Assembly: GCA_050273025.1 (NCBI GenBank)
Contig: CP158635.1
Location: 30,132,001 to 30,196,000 of the forward strand
Reading direction: 5' to 3'
DNA: 64,000 nucleotides
Source: Cenococcum geophilum
Taxonomy: Eukaryota
Shown: one piece after another, positions 1-14,427 of the stretch
Layout: every line of letters begins with the position of its first letter
Numbering within the stretch: position 1 is the first letter of the stretch
Program-made: the position numbers and the translations under genes
The notes under the pieces: generated by a model
What the model saw: only the letters and a program-made list of their open reading frames with translations
Database searches by the model: none
Told to the model about the DNA's origin: nothing

Positions 1-3000
1 TCTTGCCACTTAACTCGTAAATTTAGGTGTTGTCCTTAAATTCCCTTAAGGGTCTAAGGCTCTATTACTAGTTCCCTCTAGTCCTATAGGCCTCTACTTT
101 TCCTAACTATTAGCTGCTTAATCCTGTTTATACTTAGTCTAACTTAGGCCAATACTTAGTTTGCTTTTTATCTTTAATATACTATAGACAGGTATTCTCT
201 AAACATTCCCACTATTATCGTCCATCTAGGTATTCTTCCGTAAGGAATCTTCCTGGTTAAAGTGTTAAGTCCCCTTGTTCTTAAACTTCTACTAGGTGCT
301 AACTATGCATATACTTAGCGTTTCGATATTTTACCTCGTCCGTTATCCAATATATCCTTATTAAATACTTTTAATTTTTATTCTTAGGTGCTCTATATAT
401 ATTACACATATCATCCACGTATACTATCTACAATAGTGTATAATATGCTTAGTGTTTTAGGTTAACTCTTAGCTCGTTTTTATCTTTAAGTTTAAACCTT
501 TCTCATATTAATCTAAGCGTCGCGATTTCGTTCGCAGGTACTAAGATTCGCCTCTCGCTTCTCTAGTTCTCTAATTACTCCTCTAGATCCTTTAATATTA
601 TAATTAAGGCTCCTTTAATATAAGTTATAGCCTTCTCTGTAATTGGGTGGTTTTGGATAACTTTTTCGTCCAACTATATATAGAAATCTTCCTACTCGTT
701 ATTGTGCCTTTGCCTATACCACTTTTAGTATAGCTGCTTAAGTATATACGGTCGGTCCGTAAAGAAGTATCTCTTTATTACTGCGTTATAACAACCTTTA
801 GTATATTATTCCTTAAACCTAGTTAGAATCCCTAGATCCTCTTCTTACTCTAGTTTAGTAAGCCACTTAGCTCTTAGTGTGCCTACTTTTAGCCTATTAG
901 TAATCCTTTATACTAGCGCTCTATCCCTTATACATCCTAATATGCTAAATCTCTTATCTAGTTTCTGTTCTTGCTATAAGGTAATTCTTGCTCTAAATTC
1001 CTTTATAGTTTCTTTTCTTTCGCGTCTTATAAGTGGATCCTTGAAGTCTTTATACTTCTTAATCTTAGTATTAAACTTCTAATCTTTAGGCTAAATACTA
1101 CGTTCCCCTAGTAAGTCCTCTAGGTCTATATATCTGTCTCCTAGTCTAACTACTATTTATATTATAGATTCTCTAATTTATAAAGAAGCTCTTTACCTCT
1201 TATCTATAGGTGTCCTTATTTATACTCCAAATTCTTAGTCCCTTAAATTCTTTAATCCTAAGCTTACTTCTAACTTAAGCTTGGCTCCCGCCTTAGTCTT
1301 ACTAGGCGTCTATAGTGTTCTTATCTCGTCTTAAGAGTTTTAAATCTCACTTATCTCGTCTTAAGAATCTTGTGCCGTGGGAAACTCTTATCCCGAGCTC
1401 ATTCGTATGTTTTTAAACTAAGCTACTGCCCTACTCTATCGGTTTTCGTCCGTTATAGGTCCTTAGGTACGCCTTATCTTATCTTAAGAATCTTAAGCCT
1501 ATGGCCTTTTACCTTTATTAAGTAGTAAGCTAGCACTAGCAGTCATCTGCTTGCTTAATCGTCTTTAGATATTACTTTTTCCGTCTTATAAAGTAATGGA
1601 TGCCGTATCTAACGGTATTATAATACCCGTTATTAAACCTTGCTCTATAGCGGTCTTAGTCTCTACTTTTATTACATTATTAAGGTTTAGATACTCCTAG
1701 TTAGTTCCTTTACTATCCTTATTACTATTAATTAATAAATACTCTAACTCTATTGTTATTATAGCTAATCTTTGTCTGTATATTACTATAATATCTTAAT
1801 CTAGCTTATAGAGTTAATCTTATTCTTTATCTAACTTTCTAGTTCCTTTAAGTCCTCTTAACTTTAGCTCTTATAGCTAATAGCTTGTACCATACTTAAC
1901 GTCTTTATAAATTTAGTATGCGTTATTATAACAAAACGTGAAACTTTTAATTAAACATTCTTTTATTCCTCGCAGTATACTATTATCCCTCTATATATGT
2001 ATATTATATACTATTAGTCTAGTTCCCTTTACTACATAGTGACTCTAACTACTTCTATAGTCTCTAGCGAAATAACCCTATTTCCCGTAATTTATATAAG
2101 CTCCATCTTTAAACCATTACTTTTATTATAGAGTCCGCTTAAACGTCTTCTGCTACTAAGATCCTTAGTTTAGCCTATACTCCCTAGTTTTATAATTACT
2201 TAATCCTTAACCTTTAGGTTTCTATAGTTTTTTACTCTATCTCTTATAGGCTTCTTTAGTACCGCTTAGGTCTATTAACTCTGCGCTATACTATAATTTC
2301 TAACTTAGCTTTTATTATTGTATACTCTACGCCTTATATAACTATAGAACTCTATTCTAACCTCTCTTAGTTTATTCCCTTTAGAAGATCCTATTATTAA
2401 TTTTAATCGCTTAATCTATTAATTCCCTTAGGGTGTCCGTATCTTCTATTAGAATAATTACGTCCTAGACTTTAGCCTTAAGTCCCTATTTATACTGTGC
2501 CATAAGCGCCCTATTATTCCACTTAACTTATATCGCTAACGTCTGGAACTGCGTTATGTATTTAATAGCTGAAGTTCATTGCGTAATATTTTAGAGTTTT
2601 CTTTCTGCTATAGTCGTTGCCTCCGGGTCTCCAAATATTTGTATAAGTCGCTTTATAAATCTATTCTAGCTTAAGAACATAAACCGTACTTCTTAGTTTA
2701 TTATCGTTATTCTATTTACTTATATCTCTATAAGGTAAGGCTCAAACTATTTAAGTGCTCTTCCTAATAAGAATAATCCTACATACGCTATTTAATCTAT
2801 AGGTGTTACTAGCTTTACTCCCTCCTGCGTAACCTTAAAATGCATTTATATAAGGAATCCTTTAAGCTTTAATCTTTCTCCTAAAAATCTTTTAATTAAT
2901 GGTAACTTAACCTTTACTACTCCTATCCCGTTAATCCTTTATTCAAGTGCCGCATTATTTTCCGTTAACTAATCAACTATCTCTTATAGTTGTCCAACCG

Positions 3001-3569
3001 TTATAGGTTGCTATAAGTTAGTATCTACCATACTAGTGTTACCTCCTAACCTTAAAGTAGTTGCCGCCGTTAATGGCGTTGTAGTGGCTGCTTTTAGTGG
3101 CATATTATTCGACTTCTATATTTATTACCATAACTAGGTAGTAATTGTATAACGGAACCTTATAGTAGATACTACGGTGGGTTCGTTATTAGGCTAGGTA
3201 TATAGGTAAAGTAAATTAAGTTAACAACGTAATAATAACTAGTGGAGTGGTTACCCAATAGATTAACTCTAATTATATTCTAAGAATTACTACAAGGAAG
3301 GAACTATCTAGGTAGGGACCGAGGGTCCTTAAATACACAACCGTACTCCTATGAAATCCTCCTTATACGTAATGTACGTGTTATATATAAGGTACGTGAG
3401 TTCCTTTTATTCCTCTCGTTTAATACATAGCACGTCATGTGACCTTAGTTACCATTCCTCGTCATATAGTTCTACCGGTTCCATCCTGGACCGTGCCTGT
3501 ATTAACCAACTAGCTTCTTCCAACTCCTCTCCTAGTAGTCGTAACATCGTACTTAAAGCGTCCGTAACA
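1..3569 (-). mobile_element. Ty3/Gypsy element A, 5' part (LTR, gag, long gag-protease spacer), RIP-degraded; continues beyond the left edge
   Basis: LTR 3148-3569 (tataacgg...cgtaaca) is homologous to the LTRs of element D. The internal sequence is colinear with gag of B and D. It interrupts the Copia-A RNase H at 3569/3570. Confidence 0.9.
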
Positions 3570-6500
3570 CGATCTGTAATTATCTTTAGGGTAGTTCCAA
3601 TTGCAATTGCTATATTAACTCCGCTAACTATTCTATATATCTCTAACGCTAGAACGCTTTAAGTAATACGCTTACTCTTAGTTAAGCTCTAATAGATAAG
3701 ATTGCCGTTAATTATAAAGTTATTCTCTTTAGTAGATTTATTCGCGATAATAATCTTATATCCTAATTGGGAGCTAAAGTCTTTATTATTTATAAATAAT
3801 CTATTAATAAATATAAAGAGCTTAGTGGTGGGAAGATTAATAGGCATATAGAGTAGTCCCCAATTTAGATGGTTTATTTGCTAGAAAAGACGTTTATTTA
3901 AGGCAAGAACGTTATCCTTAGTTGGTTCCTAGTATTAAGCAGCAACAGAGAGATTAAATAAAGCCTTAGGTTAATAGATAGAAGTAATATAAGCTCCATA
4001 AGCGCGTTGCTCCACATATCCTTACTTTAGAAAATTAACGTTAATAATATCGATCTTCTTACCTTAACTCTTCTGGCGTAAAGCAATAGAATCCTCGTTT
4101 AGGGAGAGGATGTATCTATTAAAAAGTAATAGTATTATTAAATTAAGCTTTTCCTTTAGCTTTGCTATGAGATTTGCCTTTACTAGCTTATCTTCTTTAA
4201 GAGTTAAGAATTGGTTGTCTTCTAAGATAATTGTATTATTAGTTTATATGCCGATAATTTTAAATAGGGTTCCTGTAGTTATAATAAGGAAGCATAGATT
4301 AAATATAGAAGTAGTTATTAAGAGCCTCTCTTTATGGTGCTTGCTATAGGTAGCCCACCAATGAGTTCCTACCTCTGCAATTCTATATAATGGCTTAAGT
4401 ATAACCATAATCGTATCTTCGGGATATTAATAGCGAATTTACTCTGGAAGGTATGCTAGTATTAAGCGCTAAAGGTGCGTCTCTAATTAGGTATAGGCCT
4501 AAGTAATATCTTATAAATAAACTACCATTCCGTTCTTTATTAAGGAGGAAGCTAGCGCAACAATAACTCGCTAACTAGTTCGTTAAATTATAGAAGATTG
4601 CGTAAGAATTACCTCCTTATTATTATTGTTGTAGCCTTAAATAATAAGCCTTAATTTCTTAAATAGGGCGTTAGTAGCTTTACCCTTAATCTTATTAACT
4701 ATTCTTAACTTAAAAATACAAACTCTATCGAATTTGGTAGGGTTATACTTCTCAAATTTAAAGACTTCTCTCGTAATGAGACTATCGATCTCCTGTTTAT
4801 CGGATACTTAAAAAGGAGCTCTTAGAGTTATAATACAACCTTCCTTTTAAAGCTGTTTTGCAAGCTTAAAGTTAGCCTTCTCTTTAGCTGTTATAAAGGC
4901 CATTAATAACTTAACTCCATTCTTAATAGCGGCAATAAATTGCTCTTTAAAATTAATAAGATGTTAGCGATTTTGTAATCCCTTTAGGCGACCCCTACCG
5001 CATTATAGTTGCGGTATATCTACTATAATTATATTAGAATTGTAGTCGCCTTCTAGAGCACGTTAATTATAGTTTTTCTTTAAGGTATCTTTTAGGGCGT
5101 CCTATAAAGGCTTAAAACTGTTATCTTTATAGTAAGGCTTAATAACAGTTAAACGGAATTAAGTGGGTCTGTAAGGCATCTAAATAGTATAAGTTTAACT
5201 ATTAATTATAATAAGTTAATGTAGGCCTAACTATTCTCCCTTTTTACGCTATACGCGTACCTTAGACTAGAGTGGCAGATTAAGCGTAGTTAAGGTGTTT
5301 GGGCCATTTCTTATTCCTAGTACGTTATTAACCTAGCGTGTGGCGTAGAGACGTTATACCTCCTTTATTGCCTTATAAATAGCCTTAGCTTATTATATAA
5401 TAGAGGGAGATAGTAGAGAATTATTAGTTATTTAAGGGTAGGCGCTAAAGGCTAGCAATATAGGTATAAGTCCATTCGGGCCGGCGGAATTATTAATAGC
5501 TTTAATAGCTATTTATAAGGTAAGTTCTTCGCTAGTATCGTCTAGTTTTAAAGAGATAATCTTATATACGCGGCGTAATGGCGCGTAATACTGCTCTACT
5601 TTTCTAATACTATTATATGCCTTAATAGGGACTTCCTTAACCTTAATTACCATTGCCTTTATCTATTATTAAAACTCTATAGATAAAAAGTTCTTTCCTA
5701 CGTTATAGATAATTTAATTAGGGGGTTCTAGGTAGATATTAATCTAGCATAATTAAAGGGTATCCTATGTATTCCTAGCTAATATATCCTTTAAGAAACG
5801 TGCGGCTTAGAAGAAGGTTAAGAAGTTAATAACTTAGAGTACTAGTTTGCCGCTAAGATATATAACGTTAATAATAATACAGAAGTTGAAGTTATAGTTA
5901 TCTTTAAGGGTGAACTTAAACCGGCTAGGGGACTTCTGGTTTATTTAGTAGTAATAGTAGTACTTTATAAGATGCTTAATTGCCTTAACCTTAACTTTAT
6001 AGCCTACTCGCTAAAGAACCCTAAGTAATTAATAAACAGATAGGTGGCTAAATTAACGGTGTAGTTGACGTAACTCTAACTTAATTAGGTGGCTCTAAGC
6101 AACACTCTTTTCTAGTTAATAAAGGAGCAATTAAGGGTAACCCTACTTGCGTACGACGGGCACCCGATTATCTTCCTAAATAAGTATATTCTTAAGGTTA
6201 TTAAGCTTAATACTTAATTTGTCTATATCTCTAATGTAAAATAGAAATAGGGTGTTTATGGGAATAATATAAAAAGTAATATACCCTAAGGGGGTATGGA
6301 CTCTAATTGTGCTAAGGGAGATTGTAGTACCCTTACTAAAATAAATTGTATATTAACCTGCCGTTAATTAGTTAATCTAAATAGAGGTATTAAGTTATTA
6401 AAGGGCTCGAACTTAAGGTTCTCCTACTATAGATACTCCTGCGACTCTAGTATCTGGCATAATACTATAGAAGACATTTGCCGAGTATCTATTGTTAAAG

Positions 6501-8761
6501 GAGAACGCGGAGCTCTCCTTTGGCTCGTTAAAGATATCTAACTTTGTAATAGAATGGAGCGTAGATTAGTCATTAAGAATAGCGATGGTTTGTGTACTAT
6601 CTACCTTACTATACTTAGTAAAGTATTAGTTGGGTAAGTAGTCCTTAATTTCTATATCTATAAGGAGCTGTTCGGCCTTATTAACCTTACCCTTAAGATC
6701 TTTTACGCCTTTATATTAAGCCAAGAAGCTTTAGAAGTAGGCTATAATAACCTTATCATTTTTAACGTTTCTTATACTTTGGCGAAACTTATTATATGCC
6801 TCCTTTCGCTTATTAAGAGAGTGCCTAGTTAACCAGTAATTTGGCTTCTTGTAAATATAGCACTTCTTCTAGCAATTACTTCGAAATGAACCTCCATAAG
6901 GACCTCTATGATTACCTTATAGTTGACGTTAATTATACCCTCTGCTATATCCCCTATTATGGCCACCATATATACGGTCTATCCAATTCTGGTTATATTA
7001 GTCTAGACTACTGGTTTAGATAAGGTTTCCAGTATAAAACTGTTAAGATTCTTATATTCGTATTATAGTACTTATAGCGAAGCGTAGTTTAGTATATACT
7101 CCTTTAAATATATTTATAGGTTTATATAGCGCCAAATTACATTTAGGAACGCTACGGCAGGCTAAGATAACCTAGTCCCTTAGACTGTTCTTGTTTTAGT
7201 AAGTTTTAGTAAAACTATATTAGATTTTCTGGAGTTTATTAAAGAGTAGTTAAAGGCACTTTAAATAAGTCTTTGTTATATTAGAAGCAATAACTCTCTT
7301 AAATATAGTCTCCCGCCATTTAGATATATAAAGTTAGCGATTTTTATTAGTCTTAAAGTGGGCTCTAGTGAGCTAAAGTATTACGTTAAAGCTATAGTTT
7401 CTACCCGCAATATGGTTGTAATAGAATGTCGCCGCCTGTCCCTTTAATATAACAGAGAAAGCGTAATAGTACTAGTGGCATTAAATTTTAACCTTATTAT
7501 AATAGTTATAAAAGACCTATAGTTTTATTCCGAGTATATTATATAGTTCTCCTTTAAACTTCTTCTCTTTATCCAAGTATACCTTTATTAGATTCGTGAC
7601 TTCTCGTAATAGAGGCTTACTAGTTGGCTGGGATGGAGGAGTTAGAGGCGGCAGAGGAGGTAAAGGAAGAGTACCTCTAGGTAGAAGAGCACCTCTAGGT
7701 AGAAGGGCACCTCTAGGTGGGGGAGCACCTCTAGGTGGGAGATTAGCGTTCTAGGGGTTTTAATACGAATTAAAGTTGCCTTTTAAAGAATATGGGTTAG
7801 TTCTAGGTTTTCATAGTTAACGTAAAATCTTAGCTTCCGTCTATACTGGTTCTTCTATACTAATAATAACGGCCTAAATATTACTAGTAATTGGGTTACC
7901 GTTCTTAGTAATATATACTCCGTTCCTACGGAGGAAGTCTTAAAATTTTTAAACAATATTAACATTACTAAGTATCCAGGTGTCGGCGGTCTATCCTATA
8001 AAATCCTCCCTAAAATATTCCCACAGCTGTAAATCGGCGTAGTGTTTATCTTGGTAGAATAGAATATAGTATAGGAGAAAGCTATTAACTTATTTTGCGG
8101 TATAAGTTATTATATTAAAGGCAAATTCGTTCTAATCTTTATTAATAAGTTTCGCGTACGTTACTACCCCTAATAGTAAGGAGTCTTTCCAGTCGTTTAG
8201 AGTGATTGTAGCCATATTTTTGGCTTATAGAGTTACAGGAAGGGAAGTGTTGTTGGTATAGTGATTATTGTTTAGTACGCGTTCGTGACAAGAATCTGTA
8301 ATTATGGGGCTTAGGACCAGTTCTAGCTTTAAATTACAAAGACTTATAAAGCGTATTGTTCTATATAATGGACGTAAGAATCTATAATCTAGGAAAGGCT
8401 TAGGACTAGTTCTGGCCTTTAGATCCTTAGATTCGTAGAAGAGTTCTATTTAAGGTTTAGGACCAGTTCTGACCTTAAAAGACAGCTTCCTCTAGCACGA
8501 GTAGCACTAGTACAGTGGCTCGTCTCCTTTTAGTGGAATACCTAGCTATTCTATAGTATAACAGTGAAGTTAACCACTAATTAGTATTGGTAACATAAGG
8601 TGATATTACGTAGCTACAGTTTGTAGATAGTATAATGTTATTCTATTTTCCTCTTGCTTGAGGAAGGGCGAGGAGCTTAGGGCTCCTCGCCACGCTAGTG
8701 CCGCGGCGACACGTGACGGCAGCTTGCCTCGCGTGATGGCAACTTGCCTGTATTTCCAACA
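3570..8761 (-). mobile_element. Ty1/Copia element A (GalEa-type): gag-pol pseudogene ~3570-8215, 5' LTR 8585-8761
   Basis: Minus-strand translation gives RT LKPLYRIAEVGTHWWATY (~4350-4400) and RNase H KSKRIT*SVLALEIY...AIAIGTTLK (~3575-3680), with integrase (~5400-6050) upstream of RT. LTR ends are tgttgg...ccaata. ctaattagt lies next to the LTR. Confidence 0.9.
7669..7740. repeat. 18-bp coding tandem repeat x4 in Copia-A gag (PPRGAP-like)
   Basis: gcacctctaggt recurs with an 18-bp period. Confidence 0.8.
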
Positions 8762-11700
8762 ATTATCTTCCTTTTTGTCTAGGTTCTATATAGCTTTTTT
8801 TTCTAAAGACTGCTTTCTAACCTTCTTAAGTGTTTACTTATACTATTTTAGGGCATTAGCAATCTTTTCTTTAACCTTTTTAGCTATCGCTTTATCTAAT
8901 TTCTAGTCCTTTAATTAAACCGACTTATTAATATACGGACAATCTTGGAACTAGTAAATAGCTCTATAGTAGCACATTGGAGTATTTTTCTTCCGTGCCG
9001 TCCTAAAAAGAGTAGTAGTTAGGGCCTTGTCCTTTAGAGCCTTATCCTTAGGAGCCTTATTAATTAGCTTGCCCTAAAAGCTTACTATATTGGCACTAAG
9101 CTAAGCTCTATTTTTCTACTAGGTAGTTTTTAATTGTTAATAGTTCCGATGTATATCGACCAGTCAATATATAGATATTACGTGGTCCTCAGCCCAGTCA
9201 TATTTATTAAATTTAACCCTCTATATTAAGGCCTAATTTGGTAATACTGGCTCTACTGCTAGTAGGAAATCTCTAATTACTTAGTTGCCTTATATATCCG
9301 GCAGCTTAATCTTTTAATAATCGTTATATGTCTTCTCCTACTGCTATAACTAGGCCTCGAAGTTCTAGTTCTTTGGGCCCTTTTTAACCTTAGCGTATTA
9401 AGTGGATAGGTAGAGCTAATATGTAGTATTAGTAGGGTAACCCTCTCCTTAAGAGTTACTAGTATATTGTATACTGAGTTAATACCTAGTATATAGGTGT
9501 TTAGATATTTGGCCACTATACCAGTAATATAGCTTTATAGAGAGATTAAAGCTACCTTTTACTTCTTATATTCCTTTTCTACTATTTTATACCTTTTATA
9601 GAGAATTTAAAGCTCGTCCTTCTTATCCTTAAAGAGAGCTATATAGGAGGTTGTTTTTAGCTTTATATCCTAAAACTTAGGAAAAATTGGTTTAATTAAT
9701 TGGGGCAACTTGTCCAGTTTAGTTAAAGGGTTAATATGTTTTTATACGTCTCCTATTTAGGCTTAAAGCCTAATAAGGTTAATCTATTTATCCTAATTAG
9801 CTTAGCTCGATAATATTACCGTTATAGTAATAGCTAGGGTAGGTAGTTAAGAAGTTATTTTAAAAGGTGCTTATAGAAAGGTTAAAGGATTTAGTAATAA
9901 GTAGTAATTTAATAAGGGGTATAATTAATTAAATTAATTAGTTAAATAGGGGCAATACAGCAAGCAACCTAGGCTTATAACTGTTAAATAGAAGTCCGTG
10001 TACTAATTATAAGAAAAGAATAATAACTCTATCTATTAAATATGGCTCTAAGAGCCTCTATTGTTACAGACCTTATATTAGCAGTAGTAGCACTACTAAG
10101 AAGAGATATAAATGGACTAGTGGTAAAAGTATGGGAGGTACTAGAGCCAGTCAAACTATAGGATAAGGGGTAGCTAAGTTATATAGTTAGTTACGTTATA
10201 AGTTTAGAATATAGAAACGTAGGAATATAGGAACGCGACGTACTAACATACTAACGTACTAACGTACCGACGTACTTAGTATATTTCTTAGACGGAGTAT
10301 TATATATTTAAAGGACCGCAGTCCCTACCTAAATAGTTCTCTTCTTTATAGTAAATCTTAGAATATAATTAGAGTTAATCTATTAAGTAACTACTCCACT
10401 AGTTATTATTACGTTATTAACTTATTATTTACCCATATACCTAGCCTATTAATAAGCCCACTGTAGTTCCTACTATAAGGCTTTATTATATATTTACTAC
10501 TAAGGTTATAGTATTAATAAAGTTAAATAATATGCCACTAAAAGCAGCAGCCATGACGCCGTTAACGGTAGTAACTACTTTAGGATTAGGTAACGACACT
10601 AGTATAATAAACACTAACTCGCAACTAGTTACCGTTAGATAGCTATAGGAAATAGTTAATTAATTAACAGATAATAATAGAATATTTAAAGAAAGAATTA
10701 ATGGGATCGGAGCAGTAAAGGTTAAGTTACCCTTAATTAAGTAATTCTTAGGAGAAAAGTTAAAGCTTAAGGGATTCCTTATATAAATATACTTTAAGGT
10801 TATATAAAAGGGAGAAAGGTTAGCAATAGCTATAGACTAAGTAGCCTACGAAGGACTGTTCCTAATAGGAAGGGTACTTAAGTAGTTTAAACTTTACCTT
10901 ATAGAAGTATAGGAATATAGTATAGAAACTACTAATTAAGAAGTATAATATATATTTGCTAGCTAGAATAGGTTCGCGGAATAACTAACATAAATATTTA
11001 AAGACTTAAAAGTAACTACTACGGTAAAATAAAAGCTTTAAAACTTAGTATAACGAACTTTAGCAATTAAGTATATAACGTAGTTTTAAACATTAACTAT
11101 ATAGGTTAAATAGAATAATAGACCGCTTATAGTATAGTATAAGTAAGGACTTAAGGTAAAAGTTTAGAATATAATTATCCTAATAGAAGATATAGAAACC
11201 CTAAGGGAACTTATTAATTAAGTAATTAAGATTAATAATAGGATCTACTAAAGGGAGTAGACTAAGAAAGGTTAAAATAGAGTTTTATAGTTATATAAGG
11301 CGCAAAGTATATAATAATAAAGTTAAAGTTAGAAACTATAGTATAGTGCAGAACTAATAGACCTAAGCGGTATTAAAGAATTTAGAAGATAGAATAAGAA
11401 ACTATAGAAACCTAAAGGTTAAGGATTAAGTAATTATAGGATTAAGGAGTAAAGGCTAAACTAAAGATCTTAATAGCAGAAGACGTTTAGGCGGACTCTA
11501 TAGTAAAAAAAATAGTTTAAAGATAGAGCTTATATAAATTATAAAAAATAAGGTTATTTTACTAAAGACTATAGAAATAGTTAGAGTAACTATACGGTAA
11601 AGGGAACTAGACTAGTAGACGGTATATATATATATAGAGGGATAATAGTACACTATAAGGAATAAAAGAGTGTTTAATTAAATATTTTGCGTTTTGTTAT

Positions 11701-13835
11701 AATAATATATACTAAATTTATAAGGACGCTAAGTATAGCGTAAGCTACTAGCTATAAGAGCCAAAAATTCTAAAGTTTAAAGGAACTAATAAACTATTAC
11801 GCAGATTAGATATTAAAGACAATAAATTTAATATAGGTAAAATATTTACTAATAATAAGGTAATAAAGGCAGCTTACTAAAAGCGTATAGACCTTAGAAT
11901 AGTTATACTAGAAGTAAAAACTAAAACCGCTGTAAAGTAAGGATTAATAATAGAAATTATAATACTATTAGATACGGCATCCATCGCTTTATAAGATAGA
12001 AGGAGAAATATTTAATAAGACGGATTAAGTAAGCAGATAACTGCTAGTGCTAACTTACCACTTAATATAGGTAAAAGGCTATAAACTTAAGATTCTTAAG
12101 ACGAGATAAAAGATGAGATAAAAGACGCTTAAGATTCCTAAGAAGGGATAAGATAAGCTTAAGAACCTATAATAGATAATAACTAATAGAGTAGAGCAAC
12201 GGCTTAGTTTAGTAATATATAAATAAGCTTGAGACGAAGTTTCCTAAAGGTATAAGATTCTTAAGATAAGATAAGAACACTATAAAAGCCTAATTAGACT
12301 AAGGCTGGAGCTAAGCTTAAGAAAGAAGTAAGCTTAGAATTAAGAGTCCTATAAAACCAAGACTTTAATATATAAATAAAAACTATTAAGGAAATTAATA
12401 CTAAGATTATAAAGCGAGATAACTTTAAGGATCTACTTATAAGATAAGATATAAAAGAAACTATAGAGGAATATAGATAGAAAATCCTCGTATAGCAAAA
12501 ATAGAAGCTAGACTAGAAATTTAGTATACTAGGTTATATAAGGGACAGAGTACCTATATAAAGAATAACTAATAGACCTAGGGCAGGCACGCTAAGAGCT
12601 AAGTAGCTTACTAAACTAAAACAAGAAGAGGATTTAGAAATCCTTACTAGATTTAAAAAACGATATATAAAGGGCTATTATAATATAGTAATAAGAAGAT
12701 ACTTCCTTACGGATAAGCTATATATACTTTAATAGCTATATTAAAGGTAGTATAGGCAACAATATAATAATAAATAGGAAGATTTCTATATATAGTTAGA
12801 TAAGTAAGTTATTTAAGACTACCCTATTATAGAAAAAGCTATAAGTTATATTAAGGGAGCCTTAATTATAATATTAAAAGATCTAAAGGAATAATTAGAG
12901 GACTAAAGGAGCGAATAGCGTATCTTAATATCTATAAATAAAACAGTAATATTGAGATTAATATAATAGAGGTTTAAACTTAAGGATAAAAATGAGTTAA
13001 GATTTAACCTAAAGCACCTAGTATATTATACGCTATTGTAGATTATATATATAGATAATATATATAACATACACAAAAATTTAAAAGAAAAGAATTAGAA
13101 GTACCCTATAAGGATATATTAGGCGCTAGAGGAGTAATAGTATAGAAATATTAAGTATATACACGGATAGTATCTAGTAAAAGTTTAGGAGTTAGAAGAC
13201 TTAATACTTTAACTAAAAAGATTCCTTACGGAAGAATACCTTAATAAATAATAGTAGTGGGAATACCTAGAGAATATATATTTATGGCATATTAAAGACA
13301 AAAAGTAAATTAGGTATTAGCTAAAGAGCGAGCTAAGTATAATAGAATTAAGCAGCCAATAGTTAGAAAAAGTAGAGGCCTATAAAACTAGAAGGAGCTA
13401 GTAGTAAAGCCTTAAACCCTTAAAGGAATTTAAGAATAATACTTAAATTTATAAGTTAATTAGTAAAATTAATAGTTTAAAGCACTAATAGATAGTAGAG
13501 TAATAAGGAACCATATCTTACTAGTAGCAGTTAAAAGAATAGAATTACCTTATAGATAGAAGAAGTAATTTTACCTATTAGTTATAATTTTAGGAGATCC
13601 AATAATCTATAAAGGAGGGATTATTAACTTTAAAATAGGACCTATTTAGATAACCATTAAAGGAAGATAAATTAGGATATCTTTTAATATCCTACTATTA
13701 GGACAGGATAAGGCAGTATTAGGTATGCCTTAGTTATAGAAGTATAATCTAAAGATTAATTAGATTATAGGTTAGGTTAATATTAAAAATACTTAATAAT
13801 ATAGGATGCGATAACGGACTAAAATAGTATAGTAT

Positions 13836-14071
13836 TGTGGTGGTGTACGCGGTCCCTCTTAGATAGGAAGTTATAATACTGTCTGTCTATTAGTCGGTCG
13901 GTTAGTCAGTTAGTCGTCAGTTATAATCAATTAGTAGGAAAGCAGTTAGTAAGAAGAAAGGAAAGAATGTATTCTAGTAGGTCGTAATAAAGAGAAGGAG
14001 AAAAGCCGAAGGCTTAATATATACAGGAAAATGCCAAGGCACTAAGTAGTGGTCCATTTTACCCCACTATA
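13836..14071 (-). mobile_element. Solo LTR inserted in Gypsy B pol
   Basis: Ends are tgtggtgg...ccactata with a flanking gtat duplication. It is a reverse-complement homologue of 49818-50077 and is absent at the equivalent site of element D. Confidence 0.8.
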
Positions 14072-14427
14072 GTATTAGGTTGGAGCGATATATAAGGAAA
14101 CTAAGAAAGGGTTATTACATATACTAAAGAGATACTATAAATATAGCAAGAAACTATAGAGTCTAGAAAGTAAGAAGCTATTAGAATATATAGTATAGAA
14201 CTATAAAATAGAGTTAGAACTAGGAATAAGTTTAAGGTTCTTTCTAATCTATAAGCTTACTTAAGAGAGGTCAAGAGTACTTAAAGAGTTTATATAACGA
14301 AGCCTTGTAGTAGGAACTACGGTGGACTTATTAATGGGCTGGGTATATAGGTATAGAATAGTCAACAATATAATAATAACTGGTGGAGTAGTTACCTAAT
14401 AGATTAACTCTAATTATCTTCCGAGAT

